Origin: Laetmonice hystrix
Taxonomy: Eukaryota
NCBI GenBank assembly: GCA_965235115.1
Contig: OZ249440.1
Location: 34,908,001-34,972,000, forward strand
DNA: 64,000 nt
Direction: 5' to 3'
Shown: positions 48,171 through 61,722 of the stretch, in pieces
Position numbering within the stretch: the stretch's first letter is position 1
Layout: each line of letters begins with the position of its first letter
Made by a program: the position numbers and the translations under genes
The notes under the pieces: model-generated
The model's input: only the letters and a program-made list of their open reading frames with translations
Databases searched by the model: none
What the model was told of the DNA's origin: nothing

Positions 48171-51100
48171 GGGAAATATTAACACTCTTGGCACTAGAGT
48201 TCTGCAGGGTCAGGAATTACCTGATGGTAACCCTGTGCCTTCAGAACGCAAACTGCGCAGGCATCTTTAGGAAACTGACCAACGGTGACGTGGAGAGGGC
48301 CACCCCAGCCAGCAATGGCTTTCATATGATGACTGCAAGTATGCTGTGACTATGACTCACAACTTGTGCCTGTTCATCCGCACCAAGAAGGAGATGGGGC
48401 TACCAGCTGGACAAAGTGACACCCTCTTTGTTAGTCGCAAAGGGCAGGACATGTCGAGTTCTAACATTGCGACAGCAGTGGCAACTGGGTGCTGGCACGC
48501 CCTTCAGGGCCACATCCAATAGAATCAGACATTCGGTTGTCTCCATCGTTAGTATATTGATTTACTTTACCTAATATTTATTTCAGTAATTGGGTCATTC
48601 TCCTGAAAACGTATAAAACCCGAAACGAAAAACCAACAAAAAAAATCTATTCCAATCAAATTCGTTTTTATTATCTGAAACATACATTATATGAACATTT
48701 TAAAATGACATATACTTGAGCTCCCACCTTCATACAACCCTGAAATTTTTGGAGGAAATGTTCATAACCCATGACCTTTTTGTCAGTGGTGTGACCCCCA
48801 CAAATCTTGGTGCATACTGACTGCAAAGATATTGAATTCTAATAGTGCGTTGTTAAATATTTTCCACTTAGGTCACCTGGACAGGAAATATAGCTATATT
48901 TCCTGTAGTTCAAAAAAAGTGATCTTATGGCAGTGATTTCATCACTGGTCACACCACTGACAAATTACATAAACACCACTGACGGCAAGTAACACCACTG
49001 ACTTAAATTGACTTTAACATCACAGACAGCATGCGTCGTGCATCATGCGGTTTGTTTCCAGCTTAACATCTAGTATTGAACCATCCAAAAGAACTTAACA
49101 TGCTGTAGAAACCTTGACTGTTCTCTAAATGTCAGTGGTGTTACCAGTAGGTGTCACACCACTGACGCGTAACACCACTGACATTTTATGTTTAAATAAT
49201 GACTGCTCCTGACCATTGACCATGTCATCAAGGTTAATTGTGTTTTGACACAGGGCTACACTTACTTAATCTGCACATATAATTTCTTAAGAATATCTGG
49301 TATAATAAGGGTGATATTAAGGTAACACTACTGACACCTAATTAAAATACTCGAGAGACTTGACCAAAATAATTCCCTTTTTTTTAAAAACCTGTACTTC
49401 GCTAACTGTTTCACGTGTGTCTGTGGCCAGGAAGTCGTACTGCCCTCTCATGTTGAAAAATGGAACTTCAGGGATCAGTTATTATCTCAAATGTGAGATC
49501 TGGTGTCTGGTAACACCACTGACAAAAAATGCGGTGACGGCCGTTGTAGTGTAATTTTTCAGAGAATAACGTGTATGATCAATATTTTTCTTGTATAAAT
49601 TAATTAAAGGCATCATTCTTTTATATAAATATCAGAAACTTAAAGCACATTTAATTATTAATGTGCTTGAAGGAAGAAACAATATTGGAGACCAACATTA
49701 GTGACAAGCGATTTTGCTCATTTTTTGATTCCTCAGTGGCTGTAAAAAATTAGATTACCACATAATATACTATAAATAGAGTGTTTTTTTACAAGAAAGA
49801 CATTAATTAATCATATTATGTTCGAAATTAGTGGTCTTGTTCATATTCTCCAGAAATATTCTGATATAAATAGCAGTGACGTCACTTTATACGTTTTCAG
49901 GAGAATGACCCAATTACACACTTACTTATGCACCCACACACTTACTTATGCACTTACACACTTACTTATGTACTTTATTTTCAGCTCACCAACCTTCTGG
50001 AACAAGAGCGTGACGGGTTGGCGAGTTTCATGTGTCACTCGGCCCGCATGCAACGGGAAACTTACGACATCAGTCGGAAAGTTAACAAAGCTGCCAGGAT
50101 GTCAAACCTGGTGGCCAAGGTGATGGGCGGGAAGGTCCTGACAACTACGTAATGGCTGCAGATTGCGATATTGCGCATTTCAATATGCAAGCTGCCCGTC
50201 AGCACCTCCCCTCCATCCTGCAGCCCCAGCCGACAATACTGCAGGTAGAGCTACCAAGAATAGCTGCCCCAAACATGCACCAACTGGCCCTGCCAGAATT
50301 GCCCGGAGAGGGAGCGCAATGCCCTCAAAACGGTGATGCATAAAATTTATGAATGTAAAGATAATTTTTTAAGTATGACCACCTTTCAAATATATTTCTG
50401 TCATATACCTAATGATTGTTATCCGCTCATGTTGCAAATCTCTATTTCAGATGACGACTCTACATCGCCAATATCCAGGTAACTGTAGTAGGCATTAAAA
50501 ATGTATCATTATTTTTCTTAAAATGATGGAGGCCCCCCTTCAAGTGGAGCCCTTCCACGCCCCTGAGGGTCAGTATCAGTTCAATAAGTGCCTCAATGTG
50601 GTGTCAGTGACAGAACATTTAACATATATATTTAATAAGCACCCCTTTTGTGTATTATAGCAGCAAAAGTCTTGCTCAAACGCCTTCCACCAGCTGTCGT
50701 GGCCACAGGACACATTGAAGTAAAGGGCACTCTGTTCAGAGGTGAGTACAAACACAACTTGAATGACTACAAGGACTTCACTTGCCATGGCGTCTATGTT
50801 GAAATAACGTCATGATGTCTTTCCTTATTACTCCAGAAGAAAATATATCACGGGCCCTGAAGATATTGGCCAATGCGGGCGTCCTAAAACAAATGGCTGA
50901 CTCGGCAAAGGGCTACGATGTGCCTGGCCTGCGCAGCACCATGGCCGTCTATTTTGGCGGCCTCTCAAAAGTGGATGCATTGTGGCAGGAGGCACCGGGA
51001 GTCCTGGACCTCAATACGCTGACACAGTTCCTCATGAAGAACCACAACCCCAGGCAGCTAGGGCTGCGGGAGAAGTTCAGGTACACCCCGCTCGTGGCAT

Positions 51101-51578
51101 CGTTTCTTGGCGAGTATATTGCAGCTTTTGACGAATTTCCTAAATGAATGGCAAAATAAATAGATGTTTATAGATTGTAAATAACACCATATTCCTGATA
51201 TTTCAGTCCACATGAGAGTCCCCGAAGACGAGGTCCTCACATAGGAGGCATCGACAAACGTAAGTAAACCTACAATTTTGCAAAACGTATGCTTAGGAAC
51301 ATTCATGGCTGCATGTTTTGTTGTTCATATTTCAATATCTCCAACAGGAATGCCCAAGTACCATCACCCACCCAAAGAGGCGATGGTTGGCTCATACAAG
51401 GGAGCTGATCCGGGCAGCCTTCAAGGGTCACCAGGAGCGATTTGGAGCGGCCATCATTAGGAGAGAGTTGGCCTCCAACCAGCAACTGAGGGAGGCAGTG
51501 GCCCTGGAGGCTGCTGACCTCAGTCCTAGTCAGAAGGTGAAGTTGGTCGTGGACACGTCCCGGCCTTGTTCAAGATAA
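48171..51578 (+). pseudogene. Spliced tyrosine-recombinase gene (Crypton-like), decayed; exon structure approximate
   Basis: FCRVRNYLMVTLCLQNANCAG (box I), LFVSRKG, TSNRIRHSVVS, then exon from 49987 LASFMCHSARMQRETYD (His and Tyr). A later exon KRRWLAHTRELIRAAF resembles the SANT-like tail of such proteins. Confidence 0.7.
48592..49911. mobile_element. 1320-bp non-autonomous DNA transposon (Sola1-like by AWWT TSD) in the recombinase intron
   Basis: 26-bp TIR GGGTCATTCTCCTGAAAACGTATAAA, AATT TSD, many internal ACACCACTGAC motifs. Confidence 0.85.
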
Positions 51579-51630
51579 AGTCGTAAATCAAAGGTAAATA
51601 AAGAATGGATCATTTTTTTATTCTGGCATT

Positions 51631-51683
51631 TATTATTATTATTATTATTATTATCATTATTATTATTATTATTATTATTATTA
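51631..51683. repeat. (TAT)n microsatellite
   Basis: Directly visible. Confidence 0.95.
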
Positions 51684-52388
51684 ACGACATCGTTTAGATT
51701 GGTGTGCATGACAACAACATTCTAGATATACTTTATCACAAATTCACAATATATAGGCACGTTGTAACTGAAGGTTCAATGAATTTTATGCAGGAAAACA
51801 CGGAGAGGCCCACTGTCCCAATCAGTGCCCTCATGGCAACAACTTTCTGGGTCATGTGTTGAATAATTACGTCACGCCGAATCCCATCATGCATCATGCC
51901 GCAACCGGTTGACGACCGTGACGTTGTCCTTGAATCTTCCCACTTTCTTCAAGACACGCAGGGCAACGGTTTTCAGTGTGAAAGGTCGCATTTTATCACT
52001 CTCAATCGTTTTAATTTTAGTTCATCCGAGGTTGAGTTTCTAGTCACGTCTTTATAAAATGGTCACCTTGCTTTCATTTTCTAGGCATAGTCTATTGGCC
52101 TAGGTTTAGCCATTTTTATCTCACAGCCACAGGATTTAGGCCTAGGTTAAACAAAATGGCGTCTGGGTCTTGATTCTTAGTGACAGCATTCATGTTCGTT
52201 GTCTTAGTGATTTCCTGTCACAGATAGCTGAGGAGTTGTTCTAGAGTGAATCCGAATTTAACGTCAACGTTAATTCTTTACTGCCGGGGTAGATCTAGAT
52301 CTAGGGTCATTCCGTGTAAAATCACCAAAAAAATGGAAATCTAAACCCCACCCCCATCGATTTTGCCGAAACTTGGTATATGTAGTTA

Positions 52389-52765
52389 GGCCAAAAAAAA
52401 AAATTTGTTTTTTGTCACCGCGCGCGTCACCTAAAAACCCCCGCGTCAAGTCTTTTTTTTTTCAAATCCGACTGCTTGATATGGTGGGCAGTGTAGCGCT
52501 CGGACAGAACGTTGCAACGGTTCTTTGGTGTTGGCGTTTTTCTGTTAGTCTTGTTGATTTTATGTGAGTTTTACACATTCTAAAACATTGAACATCATTG
52601 CATTAGTCTTTTCTTCAAGATTTATGTACCCAACAGCAATTGCATTCGAAGAATCGGCCGTTGTCTAGTTGCAACCCCCCCAAAAAAAGAAACATGAAAA
52701 AAACCACGTCACCGCACCAATTTTTTTATATGAAAGGACAAGAAACGAAACTCTTTTTTTTGGCC
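52389..52765. mobile_element. PIF/Harbinger-type MITE
   Basis: TTA|GGCCAAAAAAAA...TTTTTTTTGGCC|TTA. Confidence 0.75.
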
Positions 52766-53199
52766 TTATCATGGCTGAAATTTCAAGTTTTAGCTTAATC
52801 GGACCAGCGGTTTCAGAGATATGGCCCATTCAATTTTGACGATTTTGGTCAAAATGGGCATGGCCGACTACATTCAAATGACCATAGCTCGGCAACCAAT
52901 GGGTCAATCTTGGGGAAATCGTTATTTCTGGAGAGGGAATTGCTCAGGCTTTTTAAATCTGTCTCTAATTCTGACATAATGATGATTTAAAGAGTGATGA
53001 CCTTTTGATGTTTACTTTGACCTTGAATTTGACCTTGTGGATCACGTGAACTTGAAGTGACCTTACATGAAATATTTAGCCCTACATGTTTCCTACATAA
53101 TATCCAAAAAATGGAGGTATAATATTTTTCATTATCCTGTAAAATAAAGTCACGTCTGCCTACCTGATGCTAAAAAGTGTGAGTATCAGCGTGTGGATG

Positions 53200-53590
53200 A
53201 ATACATGTTCCATTTGTGTGTGCAAATATCATCAAAATCTGAAACTGATGGCTGAAGCATGTCTGAAGTCTAATGTTCATGATATGTTGAAGCACTGTGT
53301 CTGTTCAGATGATAGAGAAAATGCATGATGGGTCAATGCAAAGAGTGTCCTGGCTGCCAGTGTCTCATTGATTACCTCAACCAATGTGCTGAGCTGACTG
53401 ATATTGAGGACATCACTTATAAACAGTGGGTTAGTACGGACCATACAAAACTCATCGCTGTCACTGAATGAAAAGAAGATTTCATTGAAAACTTAGCTAC
53501 GCAGGTGTTCAAACTGACCTGGAATAGCTTCACGGCAAAATCCCAAAGTTCCTACATGAAACACCTCAAATCTTCCGTGACTCCATTAGA
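53200..53590 (+). pseudogene. Sola2-like transposase fragment
   Basis: Manual translation across frames: CVCKYHQNLKLM, CMMGQCKECPG, ITYKQWVSTDHTKL, EDFIENL, FTAKSQSSYMKHLK. Stops and frameshifts present. Confidence 0.6.
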
Positions 53591-54231
53591 ATAAATAATT
53601 GAAGGGGTCAGTACAACAACAAGGCTAAGTCACATTTATGTATTTTACCCATGGGGCAATATTATGATGCTAAAAATAGCCTGCTACCGTTCCGTCTATT
53701 GTTTCATGCTGGTACTATCTTTTTTAAGGGTGTAAGGGGCCTCTCAAATCTGTGCAAAAAAAGGGCTAAGTCCACGTTGGACTTAACACTGTTTTTGTAC
53801 TGACACACTATCAACTGCCATGACCTTCAGGAAAAGCAGCATTATCACACAGGGTCACTTGTGTGGTTTTCTAGAGGTACTGAATGGAATTCAATGCATT
53901 TTGTGTGGTAATATCAAATTTAATATTTCATAGAATTTATTTAGGCATATTTCAACAAACTTGAAACATGATCAGCCTAGATTCGTAGGTGAAATAGACA
54001 CTTTGACTTAACCTTGTTTTTGCATTGGCACATTTACCATTGATCCAATACTGCTCATGCTTTCAGTTTGAGCAAACTGATACCGACCTACTTGCAGACT
54101 TGACCAATGTTACTCGCACTCTTTGCTGCACATGGCCTTCCTATAGCCTTTCACTGTCAGTCTGTAAACATGCTTATTTTTATACTTGCTGCAAAATCTG
54201 CTTTCAGCCCTCCTGCTTCTGGTAGAGCAAC

Positions 54232-54981
54232 ATGGATAAAAGATTAGGAGCCTTGAGTGGGAAAGAGGTTCTTGCTCTTATTGATGAACTAGATTCTCAG
54301 GACTTGAGCGATCTAGATGATGAATCAGAAAGTGAGAATGAGGTGTCAGTTCCTGCAAGGGTCACAGTTGAAATGGTTGAGCAAATGGCCCAGGGGTTAA
54401 GCAAGCCACATGCTTCATGCTTGTTAATCCCCAGGAAGACTAGCAAAAGCAATGATGACCTTGATGACTGTTTTCCCGATACAGAAGATAATGAGTTGAG
54501 AGATCCATCTTACCATCCTGATACGACTGACTATGAAACTGAAGATGAAACATTTGATGCAGCTACTGCTGGGTCCGAACAAGAGAATGGCAACCAAATA
54601 CCTGAGCAAGCTGGACCCGTTACATTCGAAGCAGCTACTGCTGAGACTGAACAAGAGATTGACAATCAAATACGTGAGCAAGCTGAACCCTCTACATTCG
54701 AAGCAGCTACTGCTGAGAATGAGCAGGAGAATGGCAACCAAACACGTGAGCAAGCTGAGCCCTCTACATTCGAGCAGGAGGATGGCAACCAAACACGTGA
54801 GCAAGCTCAGCCCTTCAGGACTAGATCTGTGTGTGAAGATGAGGTAATTCAGGTATATGGTGCTGATGAACCAGTCCCTGTGAGACAATTCAAGAAAAGG
54901 AAACGTGATCCCACATCATGGGGACGCTCACTTAGAAAGCTTTTCTGGCTTGAATTTGACCTGACCTTGACCTTCAATTGA
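54232..54981 (+). pseudogene. Acidic N-terminal part of a probable Sola1-like transposase with internal ~75-bp repeats, truncated
   Basis: DPSYHPD, KKRKRDPTSWGRSLRK motif, EQENGNQ.REQAEPSTFE repeats. The ORF then runs into an unrelated repeat. Confidence 0.5.
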
Positions 54982-56039
54982 AAAAATAACATCAGACATG
55001 GATTCTACCCAAAAACCCCTAAAATGACGTATTATACATCATTCTAAAGCAAGTGGTTCAAAAGTTAAATTTTCAAGGTAGCGTTGGGCGTCCATCTTGA
55101 ATTTGACCTGACCTTGACCTTTAATTGAAAAAAATAACATCAAAAATGGATTCTACATACCCAAAAACCCCTAAAATGATGCATCATACATCATTCTAAG
55201 GCAAGTGGTTCAAAAGTTAAATTTTCAAGGTGGCTTTGGGCGGCCATCTTGGATTTATGCAGATTACGAGATTTGCCCAAAGTTGCCCTTTGGGCAACCA
55301 AGTTGAATTTGTTCTAGGACCCCATTAGAGTATAAATCAACAAAAAAAATTCATAGGAAAGAACATTTCTAGGTTGGTGTATTGAACACATAGGACTGTC
55401 AAATGGACTAAAATGTCATGGACAAGATATGGGGGGGGGGGGGGGCTGATCCAGGCATTTGCGAAAGAGGGCTGCAGAGATAAAGCTATTATATAAGGTA
55501 AAATTCAGCAAGCGCAGAAGGACTGAACCGTTCTTGCGGCTTGGGGTCCGGGGGCCCTCCCTTGGGGAAAAAAATAATATGGAAGGCAAAAGAAACCCAC
55601 TATTTCCCGGCATCTGGAGATCACGTTTCTGATGGAAATGAAAAGCCTGCTGGGCGACTTTTGATGATACCACCGACGATTCCAGCCAGTTTACAGTCAA
55701 ATTAGGCCTAATATGACAATTTTTTTTGGGGGGGGGTGTTACAGGGGCAAACTCCCCCCCCCCCCTCCGCTAGCTACGGCCTTGGCTGTCAATATTTAGG
55801 AACAGTAAATGCAGGGGACACCCCTAACCCCCCTACCCCTACAGTCCCCCAGCGCCTATAGGCGCGAAGCACACAAGCCCCCCAGGCCAAAGGTGCGAAG
55901 TCCGTCCGCAAACTTTTAGTGCTGAGAGCGCGAAGCCTAGTTAGGCGGGTCCAGGGTCATGGCCCCCCAGAAAATTTTGGAATTTAAGGTGTATTTTGGT
56001 GATATCTGGTGCAATTTGGAGCACAAAAGAACTGAAGTT

Positions 56040-57160
56040 AGGACTAGGACCTCTCATCTACTTACTGTATGTAAACGATATTATGGACTGCAAAATCATA
56101 TCTGACCTAAACACATTTGCCAATAAGTTAACAGTTAACCTAGGCAAAACGAAATACATGATTTTCAACAAAAACACACGTTGTGACGAAGAGCTACCAC
56201 TGGTACAGGTAAATGGAGTAAATCTTGAACCAGTATCAACCTTCAAGTACCTCGGCATAGTTATGGATAGCAAGCTTCAATTTAATGCACACATCAAAAA
56301 TAGTATAAAAAAAAGCAGGGCACAAAGTTTATGTTGGCAAAAATAATAGAGTTCATCAATAGCCATACCGCGCTAACAGTATTCAAGTCAATGATCCTTC
56401 CGTACATCGAACACGGGAGTATCTTTAATAGAACTTTTAGTGAAGGTGATCAACGAAGGCTACAAGTGATTCAGAACAGAGGGTTAAAGATCGCCCTAGA
56501 TAAAAGCATTCTATACAACACCGTAGATTTCCACATAGAAGCAAAAATCCTCCCTTGCAAATATCGAAGACTAATGATGCTTCAGAAAATCACCTTTAAC
56601 GAGATAATAGAAAGACAGGTACAAACGGACAACAGAGACATCCGAACTAGAACCCACGATGCTATGTCCCTCCATGTCCCATTACCCAAATCTGAATTAT
56701 TCAAAAAGTCCAACTGTTATACCAAACCAATGTTATGGAATAGCCTCCCATCACACATAAGAAACATTAATCAATATGACTGCTTCAAAAACCAAATCAA
56801 AACTTATTACATAAAAATGTTTCTCTCAGACAATACCATAGAGAGGAACTCCTGGTGAAACGAGTTAACACAAGTTAACTACCGTGATCTTACCTGTGTG
56901 AAGTACATGATATATGGTGTGATGTAGTATTAGTTTTTCTGTGATATATAATGTGATGTAGTGTTAGTTTTCTGTGATCTCAATACGCCTATTTTAATCC
57001 ATGAATTGTATTCACTTTTGTCTTTCTACCTCACCGTGTAATTTAAAACATGTTGTACATATGTCGGATGATGTGATCACAGGACCCCGCTTTCATGACG
57101 GCTCTCAGCCGAGTAGGTAATCCTGTATAAAGATGCTCAATAAAAAAAACAAAAAAAAAA
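56040..57160 (+). mobile_element. 5'-truncated CR1/L2-group LINE with poly(A) tail
   Basis: LGPLIYLLYVND, NKLTVNLGKTKYMIF, FKYLGIVMDSKLQFNAHI, LWNSLP. Ends AATAAAAAAAACAAAAAAAAAA. Confidence 0.85.
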
Positions 57161-57634
57161 CCTTAAACAAGTAATTTTAACTTTTATAATATATTTTCTT
57201 CTTTGGAAACGGACTGTGAAGAAAGTTTCCTGATCAACATTTATGAATATTCAATGGGATGAACATTTTTGTCAATTTTGTGGTTGTACATGGTTTTGTC
57301 CATGTCACATACGTGATTGACTCCCGACCTGGTCTGGGATTTTTGTCTTTTTCTGCCAAGTTAGACGTAAAATATCTCAAAAAATGCAAGGATATGAAAG
57401 TAGACTTTACTCTTCCTGTCTGCACGGAATTCTTATCAGTTTCTCGCAATTTTTTTTCAAATGTCACGCTTTTGGCCCGCATTTATATGGAGCGGCTCTT
57501 TTATGAATTATATAGTGATGTCGAGATGTTTGTACATGCGTATATATTTTTTATTTATTTTTATTTAGAACAATGCGAACAATACAATCGGTGAAATCTG
57601 ACCCCAGGGGAAAACAACATCCCTTCGGGTACGG

Positions 57635-58697
57635 GTGGTAGGCATAAGGGGACCACCTGTCTCGTATGTCGGACGTGATGGTGAGGATTCTAGGCAACAG
57701 AAATTCACCGTCGCAGATCACACAGGAAGTGTCAGAGGAGTTAGTTATGGGCAGGAATTTGTAGCAGATCAAAACATTCTATTGTGGAATTACATGTGGA
57801 GTGATAATATTTTAATTATCACAAAGAATACCAAAGTTTTCCCGTAAGTATAGTAGTTTGGAAAGGCCTGATTTAGGGTATTTAGTAAAATCATTCTTAT
57901 AATTTTATGAAATTTAATAATCGTGGTTCGAGACCGGTGGGGGGGGGGGGGAGAGAGGAATATTCCAGTATGGAATGTATTTCAGGGTGGGGTCAGGGGG
58001 ATATTAAGTGTAAGGGGTCATGTATAAATTATGTAAGAGTACTTTTTATTAAATTGTTCAGGCTCAACTGGTAATTTTTTGTCTGAGTTACACTGTTTTC
58101 TTTTATGTATGTTTCAGACACAATGTGTTTAATATCAATGCGGGCATCATTGAAGAGGCGCAGAACTTGCTGACCCAACCGTTGTCACCTGTGAAGACGA
58201 TAAAGGATGTCAAAAGTTCGCCAGTGAAGTCTAAGGTGTCGTTTGAAGGAATGATAATTGGAGTAAGTGTTAAATGTTCAAACATTGTATTATCATTGTT
58301 TATATTAGGATGGGGATCGAATGCTAATAATCATAAAGTCATAAGAACTTTTCGTAAAATACCTTATTGTCTAACTATGTGTCTTCTTAAATTAGTGATT
58401 GTGTAGGCCTACTTAGGATATATTTATTGTCATAATGTAATTAATGTTTTGTAGGATTAAATGCCACGCAATGTGGAAATAAAGAAAAACGGCACTCAAA
58501 CCGTGGTGAGGGAATTGACAGTGCGTGATATGGCAGGAGATACGATAAAGGTATCACTGTGGAGAAGTACCGCGTCTATGACTATTGTAACACGCAATAG
58601 AATTCAAATCCATGACGTCATCCTCCAATATTCGAAGTTCTTGGGAGAAAACTGCGTATCGGTGCATATCCCAGATGAGGTTCTGGTGAGGATCTGA
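57635..58697 (+). pseudogene. Multi-exon RPA/SSB-like OB-fold gene fragment
   Basis: FTVADHTGSVRGVSY, TIKDVKSSPVKSKVSFEGMII, VRELTVRDMAGDTIKVSLWR. GT-AG introns at about 57844-58118 and 58263-58454, with an in-frame stop near 58458. Confidence 0.6.
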
Positions 58698-59576
58698 GGC
58701 TCTGGTATAAGGTTGAAACAAAACAGTATTTAGTTGAGATTAGTGTTTTTTTTTATTATACAATTTATGAATATTCTTTTTTGTTTTTAAACATTTTTTA
58801 TAGATGTGATGAAAGTACACTTTCGTATTTAATTTTCCTTCACCAGCAGCCTCGCCACCTGATTTTATACACCTGAGACTCCGTACTTTGCTTCAGTCGG
58901 CGCGCATGCGTAGCGTCAGTAATTTTGGGGCGATGTGCAAAAGTGGTGGTTACGCCAAATTCTGGTTGCCCCTGCTTGAGAATGAACGTGTTTTAGCTTG
59001 GTCAGTGTGCGGGGCTGTGGTCTCACCATAGAACATAGGATTAGTCTACTGGCTATAGGAACGACCAGTCCGTTTCTGGGTGGGTAGCCCCCATAGCTAT
59101 ACGACTGACTAACCCGTCTGCTAGGGGTCCGGGTAGCTGTGGATTTGTGGATATCTAACGTGAGTGGTCCCGTTTTGTTTGGCTGTAGTCTCTACAGGGT
59201 GAGTCAAAAAAACTAGACACTTTTTAAAAGGCCAATTGTTTTATTGTGTACCAATATATACAATATATTTTTGCTTGTACTTATGCAGCAACCCTTCTCG
59301 CATCTTTTGGTACCAGTCATGCTTGATTGGTTTTCATGCGTGACCGCACAGGAGACAATTAAGGGACAAGGGTGAAATCTGACCTGCGCCAACTGATCAG
59401 AGCTGGATATGAAATGGATAGCCAAGTAATTTTTTCTGCCCCTGGTTTAATGAGTTAATTCAAATCACACACACTTGCTCATAGGCCTCATTAGGCCTTC
59501 TTGGCACTGCAGCAGTATGGTGCGTCCACAATTCACTCCTCAGCAAAGAGCCTTGGTTGATTTTTGTTCATACCCA

Positions 59577-59650
59577 GCTCTCTTCATGAAAACAGCAAAA
59601 GTTCTTTGTAATACCGATTTTTCACGTTTCCTCATAATATGCCCCTTTAA
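59577..59650. mobile_element. Isolated end of the Kolobok-like family
   Basis: Matches 10707-10777 and ends ATGCCCCT|TTAA. Confidence 0.7.
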
Positions 59651-59841
59651 TTAATAGATAGCAAGTAGATTATAGATGTACAAGATCCTAGATAAAATGT
59701 AGCTTTGCAGAAGCTTGTAAAATTGTTTTGACGTGACCTTGCATATAATGTAATATAAAATAACCTAGTTCATCGTAAATAACAATTGCCTTGCTTGATA
59801 ATGAATGTAAAAATTATTTTCAATTTTAAACTTTACTGCAG

Positions 59842-61722
59842 ACATTGTGGAGAGGACGGCTGCGCCACAAGTTTCAGAATGCAAGAAGGCGGCAAGATTG
59901 TTAAAAAATGAAAAAGGGTGCCCATGCAGCACAAAGATCTCCTCAAGCCTAGGGCCGAGTACATTCCCCCAGCCTCGGAAGGTGAGGATGATTCCTCAAT
60001 TAAAAAACATATAGAGTGGTAAACTTTTGCATGAAGAGCACATTAGCTTACCGACGACAAAAGATTGTTGTGGAAAATGTAACCATTTCGAAAGTTTTGG
60101 AAGAGTGGTTAAAATATGATGGGCTTTTGGCAGAATCCAGGAGAATTTCAGATACTGAAGTTCCCAAGAAGATCTTGGAATTTCTCTCCAACTATGGAGA
60201 AGTAGGTCTGTAAAAGATAAAAATTTCGAAATGGGAAGATATACTGGCTCAACAGGCTGGGGAGAGTGCCATATACTTGGCCAGCTGCTGTTTAGCACTG
60301 TTGTCAGTAAGTGTGTTGCTAAAAGGTAAAGACGGAACATATTGTGGGTGAGGTCCAGCATGATGCAGATGTGTCACCTATAAGTTTCAGGGGGATTTCC
60401 TGAGTTACACAGACTTCCATGTAGTCACTGACAATCAGACAGTTTTTGAAACGGGACTTTGTCGAGGCATATACCAACTACAATGTACCTTGTGGCCTAC
60501 TATGTTTACAATATTGTTCACCCAACCAGTCTCCGGAAAACACTGGTGCTCATGGACAAAGTAAACTTAAAAGAAAAAACAACAGGTTCTACTGCTGTCT
60601 TGTCCCTTTTAGGTGACTTGAAAGTCGTTTCAAGAAAAGCATAAAAAAATGCAAACAAGAAAATAAAAAGCCAGTAAACGCCAGGCCTCATGTAGTTTAT
60701 TATGTTTGATTTGATGACCGCAGACGTTTTGGTGATAGGAAAGCTGGATTTATCTCGGCCTCTGGGAGATTTGCAGGATTTAGCTTATTTGAACAGTTTA
60801 TTGGGCTGTTGTTGCTGTAGCCTCAGTGTAAGTTCACGCAACTATCACTAAATATAGCTCCTGATAATTTTACCCAAGTCGTTTTCATGTACCTGGTGTT
60901 TGCATTGACAATAGACAGGTTACTACTTTTGTACTGTTAACGTAGAGTTCACCTTTATTCAATCATATTTTTAGAATAAAAGAAGTAAAACGTTTAACAG
61001 TAAAACAAATGGAGTAAAAGGTATTATCTGTTGGATGATATGAATCAGAATGTAAAATCATCTGAAGAAAACCTCACTAAAATCAAACATTAGTAATGTT
61101 ACACATGGTGTTTTTTCTTGATTCAAGTACAATATGTGTTTACATTGTACTTTTTTATTTTGTTTGTCGACTTTACATTATCGGCATTGAAAGGGTGGCC
61201 TTTGGTGTAAACCTAATGTGGGAAGTGACCTGAGAGACAAAGATCAGATCTTATCTCTTGACAGATTTAAATGTGAAATCATAGATTCTGAAGAAAAAAC
61301 TGGTTTATAGAAATAAAGCCTTTTAAACCAGAATGTACTCGACGTGTATGTTTCTTTTACAGATATGCAACAATACGAGTTGTCCCCAGATTGTCAGATG
61401 TTTGTCAGGATGACAAACCATAACAGCCATTTCTTAACGATATTCACTATGACAATTTTCAGACGATATTTTCATCAAAATGTCCTGACGGCCTAGGTCG
61501 TCATGGGTCCTATGACGACTCTTTGACGACCATGGCTTGTGCTTTTTGGCACCGTTGGGTTACAACCCTGGGGTTGTCAAAGCTAGGGTTGTCCACAGGT
61601 GACAACTTTGTGACAACTATCTCTAAAACGATTGTCAAAAGGTTGTTCTCTATCTCTAATTAGACTGGCACAGTTTTTGACACCGTTAAAATAGTCATGC
61701 CAACGACTCTATGTTTTGAGTG
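59842..61722 (+). mobile_element. Probable CMC/EnSpm-type transposon right arm with a decayed accessory ORF
   Basis: MKSTLAYRRQKIV..ISKVLEEW and LVAYYVYNIVHP resemble accessory ORFs of animal EnSpm-like elements. Dense TGACAA/TTGTCA subterminal repeats at 61380-61700 end in GAGTG (CACTC on the reverse strand). Confidence 0.5.
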
